A DNA stretch of 31,097 nucleotides from Candidatus Krumholzibacteriia bacterium (GTDB taxonomy: Bacteria; Krumholzibacteriota; Krumholzibacteriia; LZORAL124-64-63). The position numbers and the translations under genes were made by a program. The notes below the pieces were generated by a model that had not been told where the DNA came from, ran no database searches, and saw only the letters and a list, made by a program, of their open reading frames with translations. Positions within the stretch are counted from its first letter, which is position 1. Each line of letters opens with the position of its first letter. The stretch spans positions 2,743 through 33,839 of the forward strand of contig JALUJS010000173.1 in NCBI GenBank assembly GCA_027056825.1, written 5' to 3'. Positions 23,489 to 31,097 of the stretch are shown here, one piece after another.

Positions 23489-23989
23489 ATGAAACGCCTG
23501 GGCCTGTTCCTGTTCATCACCGCGGCGCTGTGGCTGTTCTGGCTGGTGTTCGTGGGGAACCTCGATCCGCAGGAGATGCTGGTGGGCGCCGTGGCCGCGG
23601 CCCTGGTCACCCTGCTGCGCAGCGGGCAGCCCTGCCTGCTGGAGAACGTCAACTTCCTGAATCCCCGCCGCGTCTTCATGGCCCTGGCCTACATCCCCTA
23701 CATGATCTGGGCCATCATCGTGGCGAACCTGGACGTGGCGCGGCGGGTCGTCCAGCCCCGGCTGGACATCAACCCCGGCATCGTCCGCATCAAGACCCGT
23801 CTGAAGAATCCCGTGGCCCGGATGATCCTGGCCAACAGCATCACCCTGACCCCAGGCACCCTGACGGTCGAGGTGTCCGGGGACGACCTGTACATCCACT
23901 GGATCGATGTGCACGCGCAGGACTCCGAAGCCGCGTCGCGGGAGATCGCCGCCGGCTTCGAGAAATACCTGGAGGTCATCTTTGGTTGA
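23489..23989 (+). CDS. mnhE: Mrp/Mbx subunit E (MbxA/MbsA-like)
   Basis: NPGIV...LANSITLTPGTLTVEV..LYIHW. Confidence 0.93.
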   Translation: MKRLGLFLFITAALWLFWLVFVGNLDPQEMLVGAVAAALVTLLRSGQPCLLENVNFLNPRRVFMALAYIPYMIWAIIVANLDVARRVVQPRLDINPGIVRIKTRLKNPVARMILANSITLTPGTLTVEVSGDDLYIHWIDVHAQDSEAASREIAAGFEKYLEVIFG

Positions 23990-24242
23990 TCGAGTTCTCA
24001 TCCTGGCCATGGCCCTGGCGGGCGCCGGCATGCTGCTGGCCCTGATCCGCCTGCTCAGGGGCCCCAACATCCCGAGCCGCGCGGTGGCCCTGGATGTGCT
24101 GACCCTGATCACCATGCCGGTGATGGTCGGCCTGGCGATCACCTCGGGCCGGGTCATCTACCTGGACGTGGCGCTGGTGTACGGCATCCTGTCGTTCCTG
24201 GGCGTCATCTCCCTGGCCCGCTACTTCGACCAGGGGGTGTGA
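23982..24242 (+). CDS. mnhF: Mrp/Mbx subunit F (MbxB-like)
   Basis: RLLRGP...RAVALD...LDVALVYGILSF. TTG start after GGAGG. Confidence 0.9.
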   Translation: MVDRVLILAMALAGAGMLLALIRLLRGPNIPSRAVALDVLTLITMPVMVGLAITSGRVIYLDVALVYGILSFLGVISLARYFDQGV

Positions 24243-24243
24243 G

Positions 24244-24648
24244 ATGGCCGCACTGGACATCATCGGCGCTCTCCTGGTCCTGCTGGGGTCCCTGTTCCTG
24301 TTCCTGGGGGCGCTGGGTATCCTGCGCATGCCCGACCTCTACAACCGCATGCAGACCGGCACCAAGGCCACGACCCTGGGCAACATGCTGACCCTGGTCG
24401 GCCTGGGCCTGCTGGAGCCGGCCTGGTTGCCCAAGATCTGCCTCATCATCCTGTTCGTCCTGATCACCAACCCGTTGAGCAGCCACGCCCTGGCGCGCGC
24501 CGCCCACCGGGCGGGCTATCCGCTGGCCGCCGGTTCGGTGACCGACGCCCTGCGGGAGGACGAACAGGCCGGCGGCATCGAACCCGGTTCGACCGCCTGC
24601 CAGGTCCGGGACCCCGGTTCGGACCCTCAACCGGAGGTGGCCGAATGA
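24244..24648 (+). CDS. mnhG: Mrp/Mbx subunit G (MbxC-like)
   Basis: RMPDLYNRMQTGTKATTLG...TNPLSSHALARAA. Confidence 0.93.
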   Translation: MAALDIIGALLVLLGSLFLFLGALGILRMPDLYNRMQTGTKATTLGNMLTLVGLGLLEPAWLPKICLIILFVLITNPLSSHALARAAHRAGYPLAAGSVTDALREDEQAGGIEPGSTACQVRDPGSDPQPEVAE

Positions 24649-24884
24649 TCATCGTCGATATCCTGATCTGCCTGGTGCTGCTGGCCGCCGGCGTGGGGGC
24701 CATGCTGCAGCGCAACCTGGTGGCCTCGTCCGTCCTGGTGGGCGTGGTCAGCCTCATGGTCAGCATCCTGTTCCTGCGCATCGGGGCGCCGGACGTGGCC
24801 ATGACCGAAGCGGCCATCGGGGCAGGCCTGTCCACGGTCATCTTCCTGATCGCCGTGCGGCGCACCGAGGAGGAGGAGCAGTGA
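24645..24884 (+). CDS. MbhD/MbxD-like small membrane subunit
   Basis: APDVAMTEAAIGAGLSTVIF; 4-nt overlaps with both neighbours. Confidence 0.88.
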   Translation: MIIVDILICLVLLAAGVGAMLQRNLVASSVLVGVVSLMVSILFLRIGAPDVAMTEAAIGAGLSTVIFLIAVRRTEEEEQ

Positions 24885-25612
24885 AGCAGATCTTTTCCCT
24901 GGCGCTGTTGGCGATCACCGGGTGGCTCCTGTGGAGCCTGGTTCCCTACGGCCAGGCCACCGAGCCGGGTCCGGTGTCGTCGCACTACATCGCCCACGGC
25001 CTGCAGGAGAACGGCGGCTCGAACCTGGTGACGAGCATCGTGGTCAACTACCGCGGCTTCGATACCCTGGGCGAGGTCACGGTGCTGTTCCTGTCGGTGG
25101 CCGGCGCGGGATTTGTGCTGCGCCGCCGTTCGGGCCAGCGCCGGGTGGCTCCGCGGCCGTCCAGCGAGTTCGTCCAGACCGGCGCGCGCATGCTGTTCGC
25201 GCCCATGGTGCTGTTCGGCGTCTACATCTTCGTCCACGGTCACCTGACCCCCGGCGGCGGCTTCCAGGGCGGGGCCGTGATCGCCTCGGCCGTGCTGATG
25301 CTGCTGCTGGCCGACCGCGACCACCACCTGCCCCACGGTTTCATGGGCTGGCTGGAGTCCCTGGCGGGCTTCGGCTACGTGCTGACGGGCTTTCTGGGAC
25401 TGGCCATCGGCGGCTCGTTCCTGGCCAACAAGGGCGTGCTGCCGCTGGGTCAGTGGAACCGCCTGTTCTCCGCCGGCGTGATTCCGATCATCTACACCCT
25501 GGTGGGCCTGAAGGTCGGCACCGAGCTGAGCACCCTGCTGGACGTGATGGTGGACTCGGGCCGCGACCACGGCGAAGCCGACGCGCACGGCCAGAAGGGG
25601 GGTGCGGCATGA
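24881..25612 (+). CDS. mnhB: Mrp subunit B-like protein (fused MbhE/F type, MbxE/MbsE)
   Basis: NLVTSIVVNYRGFDTLGE and HGHLTPGGGFQGG. Confidence 0.92.
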   Translation: MKQIFSLALLAITGWLLWSLVPYGQATEPGPVSSHYIAHGLQENGGSNLVTSIVVNYRGFDTLGEVTVLFLSVAGAGFVLRRRSGQRRVAPRPSSEFVQTGARMLFAPMVLFGVYIFVHGHLTPGGGFQGGAVIASAVLMLLLADRDHHLPHGFMGWLESLAGFGYVLTGFLGLAIGGSFLANKGVLPLGQWNRLFSAGVIPIIYTLVGLKVGTELSTLLDVMVDSGRDHGEADAHGQKGGAA

Positions 25613-25998
25613 ACGGGTTGACTCCCTCGACGCTGTACCTGGCCACGGCCATCCTGCTGATCCTCATGGGTCTGGCCGCGGTGCTGGTCAAGCGCAACCT
25701 GCTGAAGATGGTGCTGGGGTTGTCCCTGGTGGACACGGGCATCCACCTGCTCATCGCGGCCCTGGGGGCGCATCCGGGACGGACCGCGCCCATCCTGGAC
25801 GACGCGAAATACCTGGCCGACCCGCATACGCTGCTGGCGCGCGTGAACCTGGTCGTCGATCCGGTTCCCCAGGCCCTGGTGCTGACGGCCATCGTCATCG
25901 GCGTCGGTGTTACGGCGCTGATGCTGTCCTACGTGGTGCGGCTGTACGCCCGGCGCGGCAGCCTGGACATCGGTGAAATCGGGAGGCTCAAATGGTGA
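25609..25998 (+). CDS. mnhC: Mrp subunit C (MbxG-like)
   Basis: RNLLKMVLGL...DPVPQALVLTAIVIG. Confidence 0.92.
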   Translation: MNGLTPSTLYLATAILLILMGLAAVLVKRNLLKMVLGLSLVDTGIHLLIAALGAHPGRTAPILDDAKYLADPHTLLARVNLVVDPVPQALVLTAIVIGVGVTALMLSYVVRLYARRGSLDIGEIGRLKW

Positions 25999-28900
25999 AC
26001 CCCATCCTGCTCGTCGCCGTCCCCCTGGGGGTGGGCTTCCTGCTGCCGCTGTTCGGCAAGCTGGGCCGCCCGGTGGCCGTGGCCGTGCACGGGGCGACCA
26101 TACTCTTTACGACCGCTGTGGCGGCGCTGTGGCTGCCGGGCCTGATCGACGGCAGCACCGCGCCCCTGGACATCACCACCGGCGGGTGGTCCGCGCCCAT
26201 CGGCATCACCCTGCGCTTCGGGCTGCCCGAGGCCGTGCTGTGCGTGCTGGCCGGACTGACGGCCCTGGCTTCGCTGGCGGCCCTGACCCCGCGCGAGGAC
26301 GCCGAGACCGTGGGCCGTTCGGGCCTGCTGCAGCTGCTGGTGCTCACCGGGGCCTTCGGCCTGATCATGACCCGCGACCTGTTCAACCTTTACGTCTTCC
26401 TGGAGATCTCCTCCATCGGCACCTACGCCATCGTGGCCTTCGGGCGCGACGATTCGGCCCTGGAGGCGGGCTTCAAGTACATGCTCATCGGGGCGGCCGC
26501 AAGCACCTTCCTGCTGGTGGCCATCGCCTACCTCTACAAGTTGACCGGCACCCTGAGCCTGGTGAACATGCCCGGGCTGGTGCACACCGCTCCGGCCGGC
26601 GCCCTGGCCATTGTCATGCTCTTCCTGCTGGCGGGCATGGCCATCGAGCTGAAGCTGATTCCGGTCAACGGCCCGGCCCTGGACCTGTACGACGGCGCCG
26701 AACCCGGCGTGATGGCCCTGCTGACCGGCGCCACCGTCAACGGCGTGCTCTTCGCCTTCTGGAAGGTCAGCGCCCTGTTCCCGCAGGCCTGGTACCCGGT
26801 GCTGATGACCATGGGCATGATCACCTTCACCGGGGGCAACCTGATGGCCACCATGCAGGACCGGCCGCGCCGCATGCTGGGCTACAGCTCCAGCGCGCAG
26901 CTCGGCCTGCTGGTGTTCCTGGTGCCGCTGGTGCGCACCGGCGCGGTGCCCATGCTGGCGGCGGGACTGCTGCTGATCAACCACACCCTGGCCAAGTCCG
27001 CCTTGCTGTGGCTGGCCGGGGTGATCCCGGGAAAAACGCTGGACGACTGGACCGGCGCCTTCCGGTCCGGTTTCGGCGGCCGTGTGCTGCTGGCCGCGGG
27101 CATCCTGGCCATCACCGGCCTGCCGCCGTTCCCCGGTTTCTGGGGCAAGTGGACGGTCGTGACGAGCCTGGCCCACGCCGGGATGAACGGCTGGATCACC
27201 GCCCTGCTGCTCGGCTCGCTGTTCGAGTTCATCTACTACTACCGCTGGTACCAGCGGGTGCAGACCGAGGATGATTCCCGCACCGCCGCGCGTCCGGTGG
27301 CCGGTCTGTGGGACCTGTTCGGACCCGCCCTGTTCGGCTTGGGCGGCCTGGTCCTGGGCCTGGTGTGGACGGTGCGCATGACAGGGACGCCCACCGAGGC
27401 GGTGATCGTCATCGCGGCCGTGGGCCTGGTGCTGTTGCTGGTCAAGAACCTGCCTGCACTGGTGCTGAACCTCGCGGGCCTGTTGGGCGTGGTCGCGGCC
27501 GCCCTGTGGCTGGGCAGGACCGGGGCCCTGGCGCCGGACACCCTGCCGGGCCTGTTCCAGTTGCTGATCCTCGGCGGCGGCGCGCTGGTGCTGCTGGCCG
27601 GACTGTCCGGCGGCAGCGGAGCTTCGGGATCGGTGCCGGGGCTGTTCATGATCCTGGTCTCCTCGCTGCTCATGCTGGCCCGGGCGGAGACCCTGCTGCA
27701 GTTCTTCGCCGGCTGGGAGATCATGACCTGGTCCAGCTACCTGATCATCGGCCACGGCCGCCGGGGCCCCAAGCCCGCGAGCATCTACATGGTGTTCTCG
27801 GGCGCGGCGGGCTTCCTGGTCCTGGGCGGCATGATGGCCGCCATCGGCGCGGGCCAGACCACCCTGGCGGGACTCGGCATGTTGACGGGATCGGCGGCGG
27901 TGTGGGCCTGGACGCTGCTGGGGCTGGGCTTCCTGGTCAAATCCGCGGCCGTTGGCGCCCACGTGTGGGCGCCCGGGGCCTACAGCGAGTCGCCTGACCT
28001 GTTCACCCCCTTCCTCAGCGGCGTGATCAGCAAGATCCCCATGTTCGGTTTCATGGTCGCGGCCCTGCGCATCGCCGCGGGCAATCTCGCCCTGGTCACC
28101 GACGGGCTGGACCCGCTGTGGCTGCTCGGGGCGGTCGGGGCCGTGACCGCTTTCGGCATGACCCTGCTGGCGGTGTTCCAGGAGGACGCCAAGAAGCTGC
28201 TGGCCTACTCGTCGGTGGGGCAGGTGGGCTACATCGTCGTCGGCCTGGCCATCCTGTCGCCCCTGGGCTGGACCGCGGCGCTGTTCCATGTGGTGCACCA
28301 CCTGCTGTTCAAGGGGCTGCTGTTCTTCGCCATCGCCGGGGTGATCATGCGCACGGGCACGCGCACCATGTACGAGATGGGTGGGCTGATCAAGAAGATG
28401 CCCCTGAGCTTCATCTCCACCCTCATCGGCATCATCGCCCTGTCGGGCGTGCCGCCGCTGGCCGGGTTCACCGGCAAGTGGCTGCTCTACCAAGCCCTGC
28501 TGGCCAAGGGCTGGTACTTCATCCTGGTGCTGGTGATGTTCGCTTCGGTGGTGGCCTTCGTGTACCTGTTCCGGCTGATCCACACCGTGTTCCTGGGTCA
28601 GCTCAAACCGCAGCATCGCACGGTGCGCGAGGTTCCCCTGCCGCTGGCTGTGACCCAGGTGCTGATGATCATCGGGACCATGGCCCTGGCGGTGTACCCG
28701 CAGGTGCTGCTGCGGCCCCTGGACGCCCTGGTCCGGGGCCAGTTCCAGGCCGCCGCGCTGACCTTCGACGGCACGGCCCTGGTGACGGCCACGGGCGCCA
28801 CGTTCAACCCCACGCACATGATGGTGCTGGTGGTGATCCTGTTTGTGCTCATGGCCCTGGGCCTGCTGGTGCTGGGTCCCTGGCCGCGCAAGGTGGGCCA

Positions 28901-29159
28901 GCTGGACATCGGTTTTGCGGGCGAACTGCCCCCGCCGCCCCAGGAGCTGCACTACGCGGCCAACTTCGCCCAGCCCTACCGGCGGGCGTGGGCCCACCTG
29001 GTTCAGCCCCGGGTGATGCGCTTCTGGAACGCGGTCGCCGACGGCGGCGGCGGCGCGGTGGACCTGCTGCGCCGCATGTACTCGGGCAACGGCCAGACCT
29101 ATGTCATGTACGCCGTGTTGCTGGTTGCTGTTTTGGCCCTGCTGGGGCCGGGAAGGTAG
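25992..29159 (+). CDS. Fused double MrpD/NuoN-like antiporter subunit (MbxH-H' fusion), 1055 aa
   Basis: Two full repeats: FLEI...YSS..GLPPFPGFWGKW and WEIM...AYSSVG..GVPPLAGFTGKW. Confidence 0.9.
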   Translation: MVNPILLVAVPLGVGFLLPLFGKLGRPVAVAVHGATILFTTAVAALWLPGLIDGSTAPLDITTGGWSAPIGITLRFGLPEAVLCVLAGLTALASLAALTPREDAETVGRSGLLQLLVLTGAFGLIMTRDLFNLYVFLEISSIGTYAIVAFGRDDSALEAGFKYMLIGAAASTFLLVAIAYLYKLTGTLSLVNMPGLVHTAPAGALAIVMLFLLAGMAIELKLIPVNGPALDLYDGAEPGVMALLTGATVNGVLFAFWKVSALFPQAWYPVLMTMGMITFTGGNLMATMQDRPRRMLGYSSSAQLGLLVFLVPLVRTGAVPMLAAGLLLINHTLAKSALLWLAGVIPGKTLDDWTGAFRSGFGGRVLLAAGILAITGLPPFPGFWGKWTVVTSLAHAGMNGWITALLLGSLFEFIYYYRWYQRVQTEDDSRTAARPVAGLWDLFGPALFGLGGLVLGLVWTVRMTGTPTEAVIVIAAVGLVLLLVKNLPALVLNLAGLLGVVAAALWLGRTGALAPDTLPGLFQLLILGGGALVLLAGLSGGSGASGSVPGLFMILVSSLLMLARAETLLQFFAGWEIMTWSSYLIIGHGRRGPKPASIYMVFSGAAGFLVLGGMMAAIGAGQTTLAGLGMLTGSAAVWAWTLLGLGFLVKSAAVGAHVWAPGAYSESPDLFTPFLSGVISKIPMFGFMVAALRIAAGNLALVTDGLDPLWLLGAVGAVTAFGMTLLAVFQEDAKKLLAYSSVGQVGYIVVGLAILSPLGWTAALFHVVHHLLFKGLLFFAIAGVIMRTGTRTMYEMGGLIKKMPLSFISTLIGIIALSGVPPLAGFTGKWLLYQALLAKGWYFILVLVMFASVVAFVYLFRLIHTVFLGQLKPQHRTVREVPLPLAVTQVLMIIGTMALAVYPQVLLRPLDALVRGQFQAAALTFDGTALVTATGATFNPTHMMVLVVILFVLMALGLLVLGPWPRKVGQLDIGFAGELPPPPQELHYAANFAQPYRRAWAHLVQPRVMRFWNAVADGGGGAVDLLRRMYSGNGQTYVMYAVLLVAVLALLGPGR

Positions 29160-29163
29160 GACC

Positions 29164-30075
29164 ATGGATCTGGCGTCCCGCATCGGATGGACCCTGCTGA
29201 GCTTCTTCGTGGCGCTCAATTACGGGTTCGTCATCAACGGCATCATCCGCAAGGTCATGGCCCGCATCCAGGGCCGCTTCGGCCCGCCGGTGTGGCAGCC
29301 GTACATCGACCTGGGCAAGATGGCCTTCCAGCGCAACTCCATCAGCCACGGCATCATGTTCTGGCTGGGTCCGGTGTTCCGCGCGGTGGGCGGGGTCGGC
29401 CTGTACCTGCTGATGCCCGTGGTCATGGGCGACCCGCGCCTGTACGCTTTCACGGACATGGGCGATCTGCTGCTGATGATGTACTTCATGTTCTTCGGCT
29501 CGCTGGGCATGGCCCTGGGCGCGGGCGAGGGCGGCCACCCCCACTCGCCCATCGGCATCAGCCGCGGCCTGAGCCAGATGACGGCCTACGAGCTGCCCTT
29601 CATCCTGGCGGTGGTGGCCCTGGTCGCGCAGACCCGCTCTTTCGACGTCACCGCCATCATGGCCGCACAGCAGGGCGGGGTTCTGCACTGGAACCTCTTC
29701 GCCAACCCCCTGTCGTCCATCGCCGCGTTCATCGCCCTGCTGGGCATGAACATGTACGCGCCGTTCAACATCGTGGGGGCGCCCACGGAGATTCCCGTGG
29801 GCCCGATGACCGAGTACCACAACGCCTACATCTCGTTCATGATGGTCGGCCGCAGCGCCTTCGCCATCGCCAAGACGGTCCTGTTCATGAACCTGTTCCT
29901 GGGCGGGGCGCACAGCGTCATCGAGGCCGTCGTCAAGATCTTCGCCATCTACTTCTGGACCGTGTTCGTCGGCGCGGTGTTCATGCGCTTCCGCGCCGAG
30001 CAGTCGGTCCGTTTCTTCCTGCGCTGGCCCGCGGCCCTGGGCGTGGCCGGCCTGGCCCTGAGCCTGTGGAGATGA
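29164..30075 (+). CDS. mbxM: NuoH-like membrane subunit (MbxM)
   Basis: ARIQGRFGPPVWQPYIDLGK, APFNI..APTEI..GPMTEY, RFRAEQ. Confidence 0.88.
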   Translation: MDLASRIGWTLLSFFVALNYGFVINGIIRKVMARIQGRFGPPVWQPYIDLGKMAFQRNSISHGIMFWLGPVFRAVGGVGLYLLMPVVMGDPRLYAFTDMGDLLLMMYFMFFGSLGMALGAGEGGHPHSPIGISRGLSQMTAYELPFILAVVALVAQTRSFDVTAIMAAQQGGVLHWNLFANPLSSIAAFIALLGMNMYAPFNIVGAPTEIPVGPMTEYHNAYISFMMVGRSAFAIAKTVLFMNLFLGGAHSVIEAVVKIFAIYFWTVFVGAVFMRFRAEQSVRFFLRWPAALGVAGLALSLWR

Positions 30076-30076
30076 G

Positions 30077-30745
30077 ATGAAGAACCATGAACCGGACAAG
30101 CCCTGGGACCTGACGCGGTTTCCCACCATCCAGCCGCCCGCCGGCTCGCGGCCCCACGCCGACGCCGGCGACGCGACCTGCTTCCTGGGCGCGGAGGACC
30201 GCCTGCGGGCGCCCAAGCTGGACGAGGCCGTGGCCACCATCAAGAACTGGTTCCGGGCCATGAGCCTGAACGTGCTGGCCTTCGGCACTGGCTGCGGCGC
30301 CATCGAGCTGCGCCCGCTGGCCACCAGCCGCTTCGACATGTCGCGCTTCGGCATCACCGGGGCGCCCACGCCGCGCCAGAGCAACGTGTTCATCATCTCG
30401 GGCTACCTGGCGACCAAGACCCTCAAGCGGGTGATCCGCTGCTACGAGCAGATGCCCAACCCCAAGTGGGTGGTGGCCCTGGGTTCCTGCACCATCAACG
30501 GAGGGATGTACTGGGACAGCTACAACACCATCAAGGTGCTCGACCTGTACATGCCCGTGGACGTGTACATCTCCGGCTGCATGCCTCGGCCCGAGGCCCT
30601 CATCGCGGGATTCAGCTACCTGATGGACGAGATCAAGGCGGGCCGGGCCAACGGCTGGCACCACTACCTGGAGAACCTCGACTGGTACCGGGAGAACCAG
30701 AAGCAGGTCATCACCGACTGGGATCTTCCCGACTACAACTGGTAG
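30077..30745 (+). CDS. mbxJ: NuoB-like FeS small subunit of Mbx/MBS type (MbxJ)
   Basis: FGTGCGAIE, PRQ, GSCTINGGMYWDSYN, GCMPRPEA. Confidence 0.88.
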   Translation: MKNHEPDKPWDLTRFPTIQPPAGSRPHADAGDATCFLGAEDRLRAPKLDEAVATIKNWFRAMSLNVLAFGTGCGAIELRPLATSRFDMSRFGITGAPTPRQSNVFIISGYLATKTLKRVIRCYEQMPNPKWVVALGSCTINGGMYWDSYNTIKVLDLYMPVDVYISGCMPRPEALIAGFSYLMDEIKAGRANGWHHYLENLDWYRENQKQVITDWDLPDYNW

Positions 30746-30752
30746 GTGGACG

Positions 30753-31097
30753 ATGTTCGAACTGAACGGAAACCCCAACGGACGCCTGCAGGACCACGAA
30801 GCGGTGCTGGGCGAGATCGCGCGCCGCTTTCCCGACGCGGCCATCAAGCCGATCAAGACCGACCTGGTGCGCATCGAGATCCGGCAGGACGAGCTGTTGC
30901 CCCTGCTGGGTTGGCTCAAGAGCGACACCCCCTTCGTGTCGCTGACCCACCTGACGGCGGTGGACTGGATCGAGGACGGCCAGTTCGAGCTGATGTACCT
31001 GCTGACCGCGCCGACCCTGCGCCGCACCCTGATGATCTCCATCCGCATCGACCGCGAGACCGCGACCGCCGACTCGGTCCATGGCCTGTGGTTGCAG
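30753..31097 (+). CDS. mbxK: NuoC-like subunit (MbxK), truncated by the window end
   Basis: Not in the ORF track. Open from ATG 30753 to the edge: MFELNGNP...LTHLTAVDWIEDGQFELMYLL...SVHGLWLQ. Confidence 0.85.
   Translation, partial: MFELNGNPNGRLQDHEAVLGEIARRFPDAAIKPIKTDLVRIEIRQDELLPLLGWLKSDTPFVSLTHLTAVDWIEDGQFELMYLLTAPTLRRTLMISIRIDRETATADSVHGLWLQ

Noticed and set aside
25929-29219. Very long antisense ORFs (1096 aa here; also 13090-15900, 7517-9763, 17465-19675, 11459-13111, 5129-6670)
   Set aside because: They lie opposite well-supported genes, have no family motifs and show Q/H/G/R-biased composition. This is the expected shadow of high-GC codon bias.
29164-31097. Canonical complex I (nuo) operon
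   Set aside because: The genes are preceded by a full Mrp-like set, the order is H-B-C, and the small subunit lacks the tandem CC motif.

Overview
GC-rich bacterial window made up almost entirely of energy-conservation genes. I saw no rRNA, tRNA, CRISPR or mobile element. From left to right: (1) a GAF + HD-GYP + hemerythrin signalling protein; (2) a complete atpIBEFHAGDC F1Fo ATP synthase operon with an H+-type c subunit and a subunit a carrying a signal peptide and His-rich tails; (3) a membrane-anchored GcvH-fold protein that lacks the lipoyl lysine and sits behind a sigma54-type promoter; (4) a convergent, tightly coupled minus-strand operon encoding an FdnH/HybA-like 4x[4Fe-4S] protein, a HybB/NrfD membrane protein, a histidine kinase with c-type heme motifs, a sigma54 activator, an archaemetzincin-like protease and a tetraheme cytochrome c3, with no catalytic subunit; (5) a divergent DsrC/TusE-family gene with both C-terminal cysteines; (6) a napAGHBFD periplasmic nitrate reductase operon; (7) an Mbx/MBS-type Mrp-plus-complex-I-like operon with fused H/H' antiporter subunits, running off the right edge. 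The best candidate for an undescribed system is the cassette at about 9.7-17.2 kb. All family calls come from motif recognition by eye; no database searches were run. Several starts were moved from the ORF track to the codon with the best ribosome-binding site.
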